Positions 9,538-19,842 of a stretch of 64,000 bases of DNA are shown here, one piece after another. This stretch comes from Desulfomonilia bacterium (GTDB taxonomy: Bacteria; Desulfobacterota; Desulfomonilia; UBA1062): positions 159,012 through 223,011 of the forward strand of contig JBEKDT010000005.1 of assembly GCA_050014195.1 (NCBI GenBank), read 5' to 3'. Positions within the stretch are counted from its first letter, which is position 1. Each line of letters opens with the position of its first letter. The translations under genes were made by a program, and so were the position numbers. The notes under the pieces are model-generated. The model searched no databases and was not told the origin of the DNA. It was given only the letters and a program-made list of their open reading frames with translations.

Positions 9538-11184
9538 CTATTCCCTTTGGGATGTCTTGAACTTCTGTACGTCTTCTGCGAGAACGGACGCCGCGGTGCG
9601 CAGGTTGTCCATTGTGCTCGCCAGCTCTTCCACCGTCGAGGCATTGTTCTGCGTCGATCCGTCTATCTTGGTAATGGCCCGGCTCAGCTCGCCGATATTC
9701 TGGGTCTGCTCCGTGCTGGACGTGCCTATCACCTCCATCATCCTGAAGAAAAACTCCATCCGGCTCATAAGCTCTTCCAGTGATGACGAGGTCTTCTTCA
9801 TCATCTCATCGCCGTTCTTGATCCTTCCAACCGTCCCTTCGATCAATGCCTTGATCTCGCTCGCCGCCTGTGCAGAACGCTGAGCCAGCGACCTCACCTC
9901 CCCAGCCACCACCGCAAAGCCCTTCCCGTGCTCTCCCGCACGCGCCGCCTCAACCGAGGCGTTCAGCGCCAGCAGGTTCGTGTGAAAGGCCACTTCGTTT
10001 ACCGTCACCACGATGTCCCCGATCTTCTTGGAGTCCATGGAGATACCCTGAATCGCCTTCATCAGATCGGAAAAGACCTGCTTGCTGTGGTCGATAAGCT
10101 TGGTTATGGCGTTCGAGGTATCCTGCCCCTCTCTGATAAGGTCGGCATTGTGCAGAATTGTCCCGTTCATTTCCTCGATGGAGGCCGAGATCTCCTCAAT
10201 GGATGCAGCCTGCTCCTGGGTTGCCTGAGACAGATCTTGCGAGCCCGAACTCACATTCTCTATGGCCTGGTGGAGCTGCAACGATGTCTCCATGACATGC
10301 CCGACGATCTCCTCGATGTCACTGATGAATTCATTGAACCAGAAGGCGAGCTTGCCCACCTCATTGAGCCCTGTTACATGGAGCCGCTTGGTGAGATCTC
10401 CCTGCCCTCGGGCCATGTCTTCAAACATGACGGACATCTTGCCCACCGACAACGAAAGGCTCTTCATGAGCAGACCGGCATTGATGAATGTCATGAGCGC
10501 TGTCTGGACAAGGAGGAGTACGAATCCGAACTGCATGGTAGCAAGGTTTAGTCCGGTTGCAATGGACAGATATATAGTACCGAGGAGGAGTCCTATAGGG
10601 GGAATGGCGATCAGGAGTATTGTGGCAAGGAGCTTCTTGTTGAGGCTCATATGGAACAATCTTATATCTTTATCCAGGACCCCCTTCATGTTGCATCTCA
10701 TGTAGAAGGGAACGAGGCTGTTCTCTGAGGCAAGATAAAAGAACGGCGTGACTAACAGTCCTGTCATGACGAGGTTGTTTATAGCGGAAACGAATTCTAC
10801 CGGGCCTATATATCCTTTGAGATACATCGGCAGAATGGCGATGAGATTGCCGAACAGCGCGAACCTTAAGAATATGGTAATGGCCTCAGCCAGTGGGAGG
10901 ATGGAAATTGAACGCAAAGCCCGTTGAACTTCTTCGGGTTTGAAGGTATCCTTCTCCATGAGCTCAATGGAAGGACGGATCAGGAAATATTTGACAAGAA
11001 TTCCCAATGCCAGGCCCAGATTTGCTGCGTTCAATGCACCCATGGCTGCAGTAAGGAAATGGTCTTTGGCACCTTGTGAGACATTCATAAAGAAGACCAG
11101 TAATATGGGCACAACGATCACCGCAGTGACCGACTCCTGGAACAACAATGGTTTCAGGAACATTACCTTTGTGTTTTCTTTCAT
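9538..11184 (-). CDS. Methyl-accepting chemotaxis protein (multi-TM sensor, HAMP, signalling domain)
   Basis: [23 protein letters not shown]; [36 protein letters not shown]. Confidence 0.95.
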   Translation of the reverse strand: MKENTKVMFLKPLLFQESVTAVIVVPILLVFFMNVSQGAKDHFLTAAMGALNAANLGLALGILVKYFLIRPSIELMEKDTFKPEEVQRALRSISILPLAEAITIFLRFALFGNLIAILPMYLKGYIGPVEFVSAINNLVMTGLLVTPFFYLASENSLVPFYMRCNMKGVLDKDIRLFHMSLNKKLLATILLIAIPPIGLLLGTIYLSIATGLNLATMQFGFVLLLVQTALMTFINAGLLMKSLSLSVGKMSVMFEDMARGQGDLTKRLHVTGLNEVGKLAFWFNEFISDIEEIVGHVMETSLQLHQAIENVSSGSQDLSQATQEQAASIEEISASIEEMNGTILHNADLIREGQDTSNAITKLIDHSKQVFSDLMKAIQGISMDSKKIGDIVVTVNEVAFHTNLLALNASVEAARAGEHGKGFAVVAGEVRSLAQRSAQAASEIKALIEGTVGRIKNGDEMMKKTSSSLEELMSRMEFFFRMMEVIGTSSTEQTQNIGELSRAITKIDGSTQNNASTVEELASTMDNLRTAASVLAEDVQKFKTSQRE

Positions 11185-12251
11185 AGCCCCCCACCTGCCT
11201 TAAACATAAATAATTTCTGAGATGTGTTATCTCAAAGCTTGTGATTGTTTATCGGCGTTTTCGACGTGAAAAATTAATCAAGGATGACACTGCCCCTTAA
11301 TTTCCCGACAATTTAATCTCCCCTTTGGGATGTCTTGAACTTCTGCACATCTTCTGCGAGAACGGCCGCCGCGGTGCGCAGGTTGTCCAGTGTGCTCGCC
11401 AGCTCTTCCACCGTCGAGGCATTGTTCTGCGTCGATCCGTCTATCTGGTATATGGCCCGGCTCAGCTCGCCGATATTCTGGGTCTGCTCCGTGCTGGACG
11501 TGCCTATCACCTCCATCATCCTGAAGAAAAACTCCATCCGGCTCATCAGTTCTTCCAGTGATGACGAGGTCTTCTTCATCATCTCATCGCCGTTCTTGAT
11601 CCTTCCAACCGTCCCTTCGATCAATGCCTTGATCTCGCTCGCCGCCTGTGCAGAACGCTGAGCCAGCGACCTCACCTCCCCAGCCACCACCGCAAAGCCC
11701 TTCCCGTGCTCTCCCGCACGCGCCGCCTCAACCGAGGCGTTCAGCGCCAGCAGGTTCGTGTGGAAGGCCACTTCGTTTACCGTCACCACGATATCCCCGA
11801 TCTTCTTGGAGTCCATGGAGATACCCTGAATCGCCTTCATCAGATCGGAAAAGACCTGCTTGCTGTGGTCGATGAGCTTGGTTATGGCGTTCGAGGTATC
11901 CTGCCCCTCTCTGATAAGGTCGGCATTGTGCAGAATTGTCCCGTTCATTTCCTCGATGGAGGCCGAGATCTCCTCAATGGATGCAGCCTGCTCCTGAGTT
12001 GCCTGAGACAGATCTTGCGAGCCCGAACTCACATTCTCTATGGCCTGGTGGAGCTGCAATGATGTCTTCATGACATGCCCGACGATCTCCTCGATGTTAT
12101 TGATGAATTCATTGAACCAGAAGGCGAGCTTGCCCACCTCATTGAGCCCTGTCACATGGAGCCGCTTGGTGAGATCTCCCTGCCCTCGGGCCATGTCTTC
12201 AAACATGACGGACATCTTGCCCACTGATAACGAAAGGCTCTTCATGAGCAG
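9543..12251. repeat. About 930-bp near-identical direct repeat (9543-10473 vs 11321-12251) in tandem MCP genes
   Basis: Direct comparison shows only scattered substitutions over the HAMP and signalling region. Confidence 0.9.
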
Positions 12252-12962
12252 GAATCCGTTTAAGAATGTCATGATGATTGTCTGGAGAAGAATAAGGAAA
12301 AATCCCAGCTGCATGGATTCCAGGCGCATACCGGTGAAGATGGAGAGATATATCAGACCGAGCAGGTTTCCGATGGGAGATATTGCAATAAAGAGTATGG
12401 TCAAAAGGAGCTTTTTGTTGAGGCCCATATGAAATAATCTTAAATCCGCGTCCAGAATCCCTTTTAAGCTGCATTCCTGATAGAAGGGAACAAGACTGTT
12501 CTCTGATGCAAGATAGAAAAACGGGGTAATGGACATTGCGGTCATGAAGAGGGCATTTATCCCGAATATGGCCTGGGTAATGGTAATATAACCACTGGAA
12601 TAGAAGGGTACTATGCAGATGAGTATTGCAAGCAGCGACCATCTTATGAAAACGACAACGGCCTCTGCAATGGGGAGGATGGATGCCGAACGGACAGCGC
12701 GCTGTATCTCTTCAGGGGTACAGGAATCCTTGTCCATAAGCTCGATTGCCGGGCGGACAAGTAAATATTTAATAAAAAACCCTGATACGAGGCCCACGGC
12801 ACCTGTCGTTGAGGCCAATATGCCTGCATAAATGAGATGATTGTTGAACTCGGGAACAGACTTCATGAAGAGAAAATATACAAGGGGTATGAGTACAAGT
12901 GCAGTGACGGTCTCCTGGTATATAAAAGGTCTTAAGAATAGGACTTTAGAACTATCTTTCAT
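11313..12962 (-). CDS. Methyl-accepting chemotaxis protein, paralog of the adjacent MCP
   Basis: Same signalling motif; 3' about 930 bp nearly identical to 9543-10473. Confidence 0.95.
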   Translation of the reverse strand: MKDSSKVLFLRPFIYQETVTALVLIPLVYFLFMKSVPEFNNHLIYAGILASTTGAVGLVSGFFIKYLLVRPAIELMDKDSCTPEEIQRAVRSASILPIAEAVVVFIRWSLLAILICIVPFYSSGYITITQAIFGINALFMTAMSITPFFYLASENSLVPFYQECSLKGILDADLRLFHMGLNKKLLLTILFIAISPIGNLLGLIYLSIFTGMRLESMQLGFFLILLQTIIMTFLNGFLLMKSLSLSVGKMSVMFEDMARGQGDLTKRLHVTGLNEVGKLAFWFNEFINNIEEIVGHVMKTSLQLHQAIENVSSGSQDLSQATQEQAASIEEISASIEEMNGTILHNADLIREGQDTSNAITKLIDHSKQVFSDLMKAIQGISMDSKKIGDIVVTVNEVAFHTNLLALNASVEAARAGEHGKGFAVVAGEVRSLAQRSAQAASEIKALIEGTVGRIKNGDEMMKKTSSSLEELMSRMEFFFRMMEVIGTSSTEQTQNIGELSRAIYQIDGSTQNNASTVEELASTLDNLRTAAAVLAEDVQKFKTSQRGD

Positions 12963-13133
12963 CGATGCCTCCTATCTCTTTCCATCGGTAAAGTTACCTG
13001 GATGTGATGGTTATCAGCTTGCGTATTTCTATCGGAATTTCTGCTTGTCAACTTGACTGCATCATGAATCTTCACCCATGTCATTTTGCGGCACAAGGGC
13101 AGGAGGCTGTCTTGGGTGTAAGTTAATTATTTT

Positions 13134-13320
13134 TGGTTCTTCTCTGTGAAACATACTTTTATGGTTTGCATCTTTTCCCCGGCCCATTGTTCTCACCACG
13201 AAGTACACGAAGAGCACGAAGAAGAGCCAAGAAATGCAGAACGGACACTCGCGGATCTCTTGCCAATCTGAGACTTCAAGAAAATTCTCTCTTTCGTGTC
13301 CTTCGTGCTCTTCGTGGTTA
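13134..13320. mobile_element. CACGAAG-arm miniature element, copy B, with shared 60-bp 5' flank
   Basis: Arms at 13194-13223 and 13292-13318; flank TGGTTCTTCTCTGTGAA..CCCATTGTTCTC also seen at 44671-44731. Confidence 0.75.
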
Positions 13321-13396
13321 GATATCCCTCTGTGTACTCCTCAATGATCCAAGTGTGCGTGACGATGATGAACATTATTTATCAGGGGATAATGCC

Positions 13397-13978
13397 CTAC
13401 CTTGATTGCAGTAGGGTGAGAGAATATTTTCTGAGCTCTTTTCGCAAGCCACAGGCATCTCCTACCAGTGTATCGAGCCTTTGCCAGAACCCTTTTCCAT
13501 GTCCTTTGATCTTCGTGTGGAGAAGTTCGTGGATGATCACGTAATCCATGAGTTTATCAGGGAGTCTTGCCAGATTGATATTGAGGCTGATGGCACCCCG
13601 CATGCTGCAGCTCCCCCAGCGGGTCTTCTGGTTGCGAATAGACACATGGGTATAGGGGAGCTTATGCCGCGCCGCAAGCTCTCCCAGGCGAACAATGATC
13701 CTCTTCCTGGCAGTTTCCCTGTCTGTCATGAGGGGCAAATTGCAGGCTTCACCGGCTTGAGTCCTTGCCAGAAATTCCATGCGACGAAGGTGCCGCCTTA
13801 TCCATTCCTTCTTGGCAAAGGCGAAATCCTTGCCCTTCGACAGCGCTACGCCAACAGGTACGGCAACCCTCACCCTTGAAGGACGCACTGAAATACTCAT
13901 CCTGCGGGCCCTGCGGCTGTGCTCGACCAGCGCCTCACCGACACCATCGATGAAAAATTTCAAAGATGCCCTCATCAA
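13397..13978 (-). CDS. YgjP/SprT-like (DUF45) metallopeptidase-fold protein
   Basis: RNQKTRWGSCS, DYVIIHELLH, HGKGFW. Confidence 0.88.
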   Translation of the reverse strand: MMRASLKFFIDGVGEALVEHSRRARRMSISVRPSRVRVAVPVGVALSKGKDFAFAKKEWIRRHLRRMEFLARTQAGEACNLPLMTDRETARKRIIVRLGELAARHKLPYTHVSIRNQKTRWGSCSMRGAISLNINLARLPDKLMDYVIIHELLHTKIKGHGKGFWQRLDTLVGDACGLRKELRKYSLTLLQSR

Positions 13979-14049
13979 AGCCCTTTTATCAGCATGGAAT
14001 AAAGCATTCCAGGCATAATCAATATCCGTTTCATGGTATAAGGCTCTGC

Positions 14050-15015
14050 ATGTCCAAGAGGACCATGCCGGTGAACAGTGCGGTTATTAAAAAGAGCGCG
14101 CGATGGGGGCATTTTCTCATTGCCGTGTCCCTTTTGATGATCCCCATCTTTATCTTACCGGCACCCGTATATTCAGGGCAGCTTGAGACGCTCAATACAA
14201 ACGATGTTGCAATATTTTATGAACAGCCCCTCAAGGGTCCCGCACGAGAGATTGCAGAAATATATCCGAGCGTCAGGAAAGAGCTGGAGACTACAGTGAC
14301 TTACAGGGTTGATTTCAGGCCAGCCATAGTCCTTGTATCCGATGAGAGGGCCTTCGAGCAGATAACGGGCAACCGTCTCATCGTAGCCTATGCCGTACCG
14401 GAAAAGATGCTTATCGTCATCAATCATGCCCGCTCGAGCAAAGACCCTTTCAGTACCCGGACCATCCTCAAGCATGAGCTCTGCCATCTTCTGCTCCACC
14501 GCTACATTCACACCCTGCCCCGCTGGATTGACGAAGGGGTGAGCCAGTGGGTAAGCGGCGGGTTTGCCGAGCTGTTCTCGGAAAATCGGGAGTCTTACCT
14601 GAGATGGGCCTCCATCAGCGGAGGCCTTATGAGCCTGAACGCCCTGGATACCTGTTTCCCGCAGGACGAGCAGGGACTTGTCCTGGCTTATGAGGAAAGC
14701 AGGAACATCGTGGATTACATCGTTTCCAGATACGGCAAGAACGGCATCATCAACATCCTCATGGCCCTGCAGAACGGGAAATCGACACAAGATGCAATCA
14801 TGATGTCATTAGGAACCCCTTACCCCGAGTTCGAAAAGGTGTGGCAGCACAGCCTCAGGACATTGCCAGTCCTGATTACCTTCATCATGGGCAATATTTA
14901 CGGGGTCATCTTCTTCCTCGCCGCCCTGTTCACCATGGCGGGTTATGCGCGCTACCGCATCAGGAAGAGGCGGCTCATTGATGAAGAAGAGGAGATCTCT
15001 CCGGAAGGCCCATAA
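14050..15015 (+). CDS. Peptidase MA-superfamily metallohydrolase with C-terminal TM anchor
   Basis: HELCH...LPRWIDEG, LAYEES; N-terminal signal/TM; start uncertain. Confidence 0.8.
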   Translation: MSKRTMPVNSAVIKKSARWGHFLIAVSLLMIPIFILPAPVYSGQLETLNTNDVAIFYEQPLKGPAREIAEIYPSVRKELETTVTYRVDFRPAIVLVSDERAFEQITGNRLIVAYAVPEKMLIVINHARSSKDPFSTRTILKHELCHLLLHRYIHTLPRWIDEGVSQWVSGGFAELFSENRESYLRWASISGGLMSLNALDTCFPQDEQGLVLAYEESRNIVDYIVSRYGKNGIINILMALQNGKSTQDAIMMSLGTPYPEFEKVWQHSLRTLPVLITFIMGNIYGVIFFLAALFTMAGYARYRIRKRRLIDEEEEISPEGP

Positions 15016-15088
15016 GACCTTCCACGCCCAACGGATGCCGTCATCACGGTCTCTATAAGCAGGGGCGAAGGGATATTTAAACATTATC

Positions 15089-16012
15089 TCAGCCGAGGGC
15101 CCGCTTTCTTCTGGGAAAAGGGATGGTCTGCCCGTCAACGGCGACAACAACATCCCCATGATACGCCGATGCCTCACGGACAAATTCATCAACAGAGCTG
15201 TATCGCTGGGAATAGTGGGTGAGCACGAGCCTCTTCACCCCGGACTCTTGAGCAATTTGTGCAGCCTGGGCCGCAGTGAGGTGGCAGTATTCGTGCGCGG
15301 TCTGTTCCATATCGGAAAGGTAGGTGGCCTCCATCACACACAGATCAGCCCTTTGGGCGAGTTCATATGCCCCCTCGCACACCCTGGTGTCCATGATAAA
15401 GGCAAAGCGCTGGCCATATCGCACAATGCCTACATCCTCAATGCGAACGGTCTTTCCCCGGATGCTGAGCTTCCCTGAAGCCTTCATGATTCCCACATCC
15501 CTGCCCTTGATGCCCGCCTTTTCCAGCTTGTCAGGGTCGAGTGTGTAGGAGTCTTTCTCCGTAATACGGTAACCGAGGCATTCCACACCGTGATCGAGTC
15601 TCTTCGCCTCAACAACGATCTTCTCATCCTCAAAGATCACCCCTTCAGAAGTGATCGGGCGTTCCCTGAGGTGGGCTGCATTATAGAACAGGCACGAGTC
15701 TCTCAAGTGCTCATAGTAGATCTGCCCTGAAGCGGGATAATAGATCTCAACCTCATGGGGGACACGGTCCAGCGATATCCTCTGGATCAGGCCTGCAAGC
15801 CCCAGACAATGATCTCCATGAAAATGGGTGATGAATATCTTTGTTATCTCGGATACCGACACCCCGGCCGGAATCATCTGCCGCTGTGTGCCTTCCCCGG
15901 GGTCGAAGAGAAAACCCTCATCATCAAAACGGAGCATATAGCCGTTCTGGTTCCTGGTGCGCCCGGGCACTTGGCTCGCCGTGCCCAGGATGATGAGTTT
16001 TCTCTCCGACAT
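15089..16012 (-). CDS. rnz: Ribonuclease Z
   Basis: LGT, FDPGEGTQRQ, THFHGDHCLG, DTR, EATY, HLTA, LTHYSQRY; ATG at 16012 with GAGGAG RBS. Confidence 0.93.
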   Translation of the reverse strand: MSERKLIILGTASQVPGRTRNQNGYMLRFDDEGFLFDPGEGTQRQMIPAGVSVSEITKIFITHFHGDHCLGLAGLIQRISLDRVPHEVEIYYPASGQIYYEHLRDSCLFYNAAHLRERPITSEGVIFEDEKIVVEAKRLDHGVECLGYRITEKDSYTLDPDKLEKAGIKGRDVGIMKASGKLSIRGKTVRIEDVGIVRYGQRFAFIMDTRVCEGAYELAQRADLCVMEATYLSDMEQTAHEYCHLTAAQAAQIAQESGVKRLVLTHYSQRYSSVDEFVREASAYHGDVVVAVDGQTIPFPRRKRALG

Positions 16013-16194
16013 ACGTGGCTCCTCGTTCCCATATATCCATGAAAATGACAATCCCTGCAACGTGATCCGTATTATATTGGTATATATGGAGATTTTTCAA
16101 TATATGTCATGATGCTTGAAATTTAGGTTGACAGGAAAGTGGGCCTTGGTGTGTATATGCCCTGCACAACACGACATACACCTGGGAGGGCACG

Positions 16195-17997
16195 ATGCAT
16201 CAATGGCAACTGGACAAACCGGATAACCTTGTGGACTTTCTCGAAGACAGCGTCAAGAAATACCCCGACAGCAAGATGTTGGGCACCAAGAATAAAGCAG
16301 GTGAGTACGAGTGGATAACCTACCGCGAGTTCGGCCGCCGGGTTGACAACCTGCGGGCCGGCCTTGCAACGCTTAACATCGAGAAGGGTGATGCAGTGGG
16401 TATCATCGCCAACAACCGCACCGAGTGGGCCATCTGCGCCTTTGCGGCCTATGGCCTGGGTGCACGCTGGGTGCCCATGTACGAGGCCGAACCGGCATCG
16501 ATCTGGAAATATATTGTTGCAGACAGCGGCATCAAGGTGCTCTTCTGCTCCAAACCCGAGATCCTGGCCAAGGTGAAGGACTTCCCCAAGGACATCAAGA
16601 CACTGGAAAAGCTGATCCTCGTTGAAGGAACGGGCAAGGACACCATGGAAGAGATCGAACGGAAAGGCGAAAAGAAGCCCGTGCCGTCCATCAAACCGGG
16701 CCCCGACGATGTCGCGGCCCTGATCTACACATCAGGCACCACGGGCGACCCCAAGGGCGTGCTGCTGACACACGGCAACTTCACCAGCAATTCTTTAGGC
16801 GGCCGGAAGTTCTATACCGAGTTCAACCATAACGACGTGGGGATTTCCATTTTGCCCTGGGCCCATTCCTATGCCCAGACCGCAGAGCTCTATACCTTTA
16901 TCAATCTCGGCGGTCAGCTCGGGTTTATGGAGAGCATCAGCACGCTGGGCCAGGACATGCTTGCATTGAGACCAACCTTCATCATCGCGGTGCCCAGGGT
17001 GTTCAACAAGATCTATGACGGCATCTTCGCCAAGATGCATGAAGAGAAGGGACTCAAGAAGAAGCTGTTCTTCATGGCCGTTGAGAGCGCAAAGAAGAAG
17101 CGGGAGCTTGCAGCACAGGGCAAGTCCGACCTTATAACCAATATCAAGACCGCGATCGGCGATAAGCTTGTGTTCTCAAAGATACGCGAGCGCTTCGGCG
17201 GCAGGCTCAGAGGAGCCATGACCGCCAGTGCCGCCATGAACCCCGACATCGCAGGGTTCTTCTTCGATGTCGGCATTCCCACCTATGACTGCTACGGCAT
17301 GACCGAGACATCCCCTGCCATTACCATGAACAGCCCTGCGGGCTATAAGCTGGGCAGCGTGGGCCGCGCTATCGACAAGGTGAAGGTGGTGATCGACCGG
17401 TCAGTGGTGGAAGAAGGCGCCACTGACGGCGAGATCGTTGCCTACGGGCCGAATATCATGAAGGGCTATCACAACAAGCCCGAGGCTACGGCAGAGGTCA
17501 TGACCAAGGACGGCGGCATGTGCACCGGCGATCGCGGCAGGCTCGACAAGGACGGATACCTGTTCATCACGGGCCGCATCAAGGAGCAGTACAAGCTGGA
17601 AAACGGCAAGTTTGTCTTCCCCTCTTCGCTGGAGGAGGACATCAGGCTGATCCCCTATATCGAGAACGCCATGATCTACGGCGAAAACAGGCCGTACAAC
17701 GTCTGCATCATCATACCGGACTTTCAGGTGCTGGCCAAATATGCAAAGGATCACGGCCTGCCCGCCGACCCCAAACAGCTCATCAAGAGCAAAGAGGTCC
17801 AGGACCTTATTTCAAGCGAGGTAAACAACGCGCTCAAGGGCAAGTACGGCGGGTATGAGATCCCCAAGAAGTTCCTGCTCCTGAGCGAGAACTTCTCGGT
17901 AGACGACGGCACGCTCACCCAGACCCTGAAGGTGAAGCGCCGGGTAGTGCTCAAGAGGCTCCAGGACCGGATAGACACCCTGTATCAGGCAAAATAG
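16195..17997 (+). CDS. Long-chain fatty acid-CoA ligase (AMP-forming)
   Basis: IYTSGTTGDPKGVLLTH, YGMTETSP, TGDRG.LD.DGYL.ITGR.K, LTQTLKVKR. Confidence 0.93.
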   Translation: MHQWQLDKPDNLVDFLEDSVKKYPDSKMLGTKNKAGEYEWITYREFGRRVDNLRAGLATLNIEKGDAVGIIANNRTEWAICAFAAYGLGARWVPMYEAEPASIWKYIVADSGIKVLFCSKPEILAKVKDFPKDIKTLEKLILVEGTGKDTMEEIERKGEKKPVPSIKPGPDDVAALIYTSGTTGDPKGVLLTHGNFTSNSLGGRKFYTEFNHNDVGISILPWAHSYAQTAELYTFINLGGQLGFMESISTLGQDMLALRPTFIIAVPRVFNKIYDGIFAKMHEEKGLKKKLFFMAVESAKKKRELAAQGKSDLITNIKTAIGDKLVFSKIRERFGGRLRGAMTASAAMNPDIAGFFFDVGIPTYDCYGMTETSPAITMNSPAGYKLGSVGRAIDKVKVVIDRSVVEEGATDGEIVAYGPNIMKGYHNKPEATAEVMTKDGGMCTGDRGRLDKDGYLFITGRIKEQYKLENGKFVFPSSLEEDIRLIPYIENAMIYGENRPYNVCIIIPDFQVLAKYAKDHGLPADPKQLIKSKEVQDLISSEVNNALKGKYGGYEIPKKFLLLSENFSVDDGTLTQTLKVKRRVVLKRLQDRIDTLYQAK

Positions 17998-18019
17998 ATC
18001 ATACCCCATTATACAAGAC

Positions 18020-18064
18020 AGCCGGTGCAGCGGTTGCAGGCCGTTGCCCCGGCTTCTTCGTTTT
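18020..18064 (+). terminator. Rho-independent terminator
   Basis: AGCCGGTGCAGCGG...CCGTTGCCCCGGCT stem followed by TCTTCGTTTT. Confidence 0.6.
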
Positions 18065-18118
18065 AAAGAAGGATGCAGGGCGCCTTTAAGGAGCGTTCGG
18101 CTTCACCGAGACTTATGG

Positions 18119-18141
18119 TCGCGGCTTAAAGCCGCTCCTAC
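18119..18141. repeat. Single GTAG-type REP (degenerate partner upstream)
   Basis: TCGCGGCTTAAAGCCGCTCCTAC. Confidence 0.75.
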
Positions 18142-18384
18142 AAGATCGCCCTTCTGTTTGCCAATTTATCTTCCATATTTGACAGCAATACCCCTGTCCA
18201 TTATCATATAGTATAAGCTGTATGCTGGCTGCAGCATGATATGGAATGACAAAATCCTACCCGTTCTTGAAGGAGGGTCCATGCCGTCTCCACGAATCCA
18301 CCCTTACTGGACGGAGTCTGCGCATACTTTTTAATCGGGCCAAGCACAGAGAGAACTGTATCACTCTTTCTTAAGGAGGAAACG

Positions 18385-19842
18385 ATGACGATTAAATACG
18401 TTTGTTTATCGGATATGCATCTAGGGCAGGATAACAGCCTGCTGACGAACCTTATCGAGGCCGATGCCGTCCTGGACCACAGCTCTGCCAGCCCTGTCAT
18501 GAAGGCCCTGTGCGATGCTTTGCAAGAATTGATCGAACACGCCAATGCAGGTTCAGGGGTCAAACCCGTACTGATCTTAAACGGCGACATCCTGGAATTG
18601 GCACTGGCGGATGTCAACGATGCAGCCATGGTGTTCTCACGGTTCATCGAATGCACGATGCCCATAGGCAACGAGATCTTTTCGGAAATGATCTATATCC
18701 CCGGCAACCATGACCACCATATCTGGGAACTAGCCCGGGAAACCCAATACGTCGAGTACTTGAAGCAAATTAAGATTAGTGACAAGCTCCCGGCGCCCTG
18801 GCATACGACGAACCTGTTTATGGATGACAAGAACCCCCTGGCCAGCTATTTCTTAAACGGTCTGGTCCGCCGCTATGGGCATCTGAACAAGTTTAGCGTC
18901 ATGATGGCGTATCCCAATCTGGGGCTTTGCGACCCGAACAAACAGCGCTATGTCATCTTTCACCACGGCCATTATATCGAGTCCATCTACATGCTCATGA
19001 CGAAAGTCATGTCCTGGATTTTCCCGGACAGAGAGAAACCACAGGAAATCTGGGACATCGAAAAAGAAAACTTCGCGTGGATTGATTTTTTCTGGTCGAC
19101 CATGGGACGCTCCGGCGGGGCAGGCACTGAGGTCGAGGTCATCTACAAGGCACTGCCCGTTCAGAAAGCAAGAAACCGGCTTATTTCCAACATATGCGGT
19201 AGCCTTGCCAAAGAATATGATCTGCACGGCCTGGGCGACTGGATGGAAGAGAAGATCCTCCCGGTCATCCTTACCAGGCTTGCCGATTATTTTGCAAAGA
19301 GAGAACGACGCGTAACCGACAAACCGTTGAGCGAGGATGCCCAGAAAGGACTGGGGAACTACCTGAAAGGGCCGTTACACGGTCAGTTGCTGATCGCACT
19401 GAAAAAATTTCGGGGTCTGCCTAAAGAACAAACGCCCGACATACCGAAGGACATTACCTTTGTCTTCGGCCACACCCATAAGCCTTACCAGGATGACGAT
19501 GATTTCGACGGCTATCCCGGCTGGGTGGATGTCTACAATACCGGGGGATGGGTTGTGGAATCGGTGCAGAGACAGCCGATTAAGGGGGCTTCCGTGGTGC
19601 TGTTCGATGAAAACCTGCAATCCACATCCATAAGGCTCTATAACGAGTCCGATGCAGCATCAGACTACCGTGTGCAGGTGATTCAGGCTTCCCGGAAGAA
19701 AACAGGAAATACTTTTCATTCTGGAATCGAGAATCTGGTGATGAATAATAAGAAATGGGACATCTTCTCAAAGGAAGCAGCCCGGGCAGTGGATGTCCGC
19801 GCCAAGCACCTGAAGGCGAAACTGGCGCGTACTGCAGGGTGA
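18385..19842 (+). CDS. Calcineurin-like metallophosphoesterase
   Basis: SDMHLG, NGD, PGNHDH, HHGH, FGHTH, YNTGGW. Confidence 0.88.
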   Translation: MTIKYVCLSDMHLGQDNSLLTNLIEADAVLDHSSASPVMKALCDALQELIEHANAGSGVKPVLILNGDILELALADVNDAAMVFSRFIECTMPIGNEIFSEMIYIPGNHDHHIWELARETQYVEYLKQIKISDKLPAPWHTTNLFMDDKNPLASYFLNGLVRRYGHLNKFSVMMAYPNLGLCDPNKQRYVIFHHGHYIESIYMLMTKVMSWIFPDREKPQEIWDIEKENFAWIDFFWSTMGRSGGAGTEVEVIYKALPVQKARNRLISNICGSLAKEYDLHGLGDWMEEKILPVILTRLADYFAKRERRVTDKPLSEDAQKGLGNYLKGPLHGQLLIALKKFRGLPKEQTPDIPKDITFVFGHTHKPYQDDDDFDGYPGWVDVYNTGGWVVESVQRQPIKGASVVLFDENLQSTSIRLYNESDAASDYRVQVIQASRKKTGNTFHSGIENLVMNNKKWDIFSKEAARAVDVRAKHLKAKLARTAG

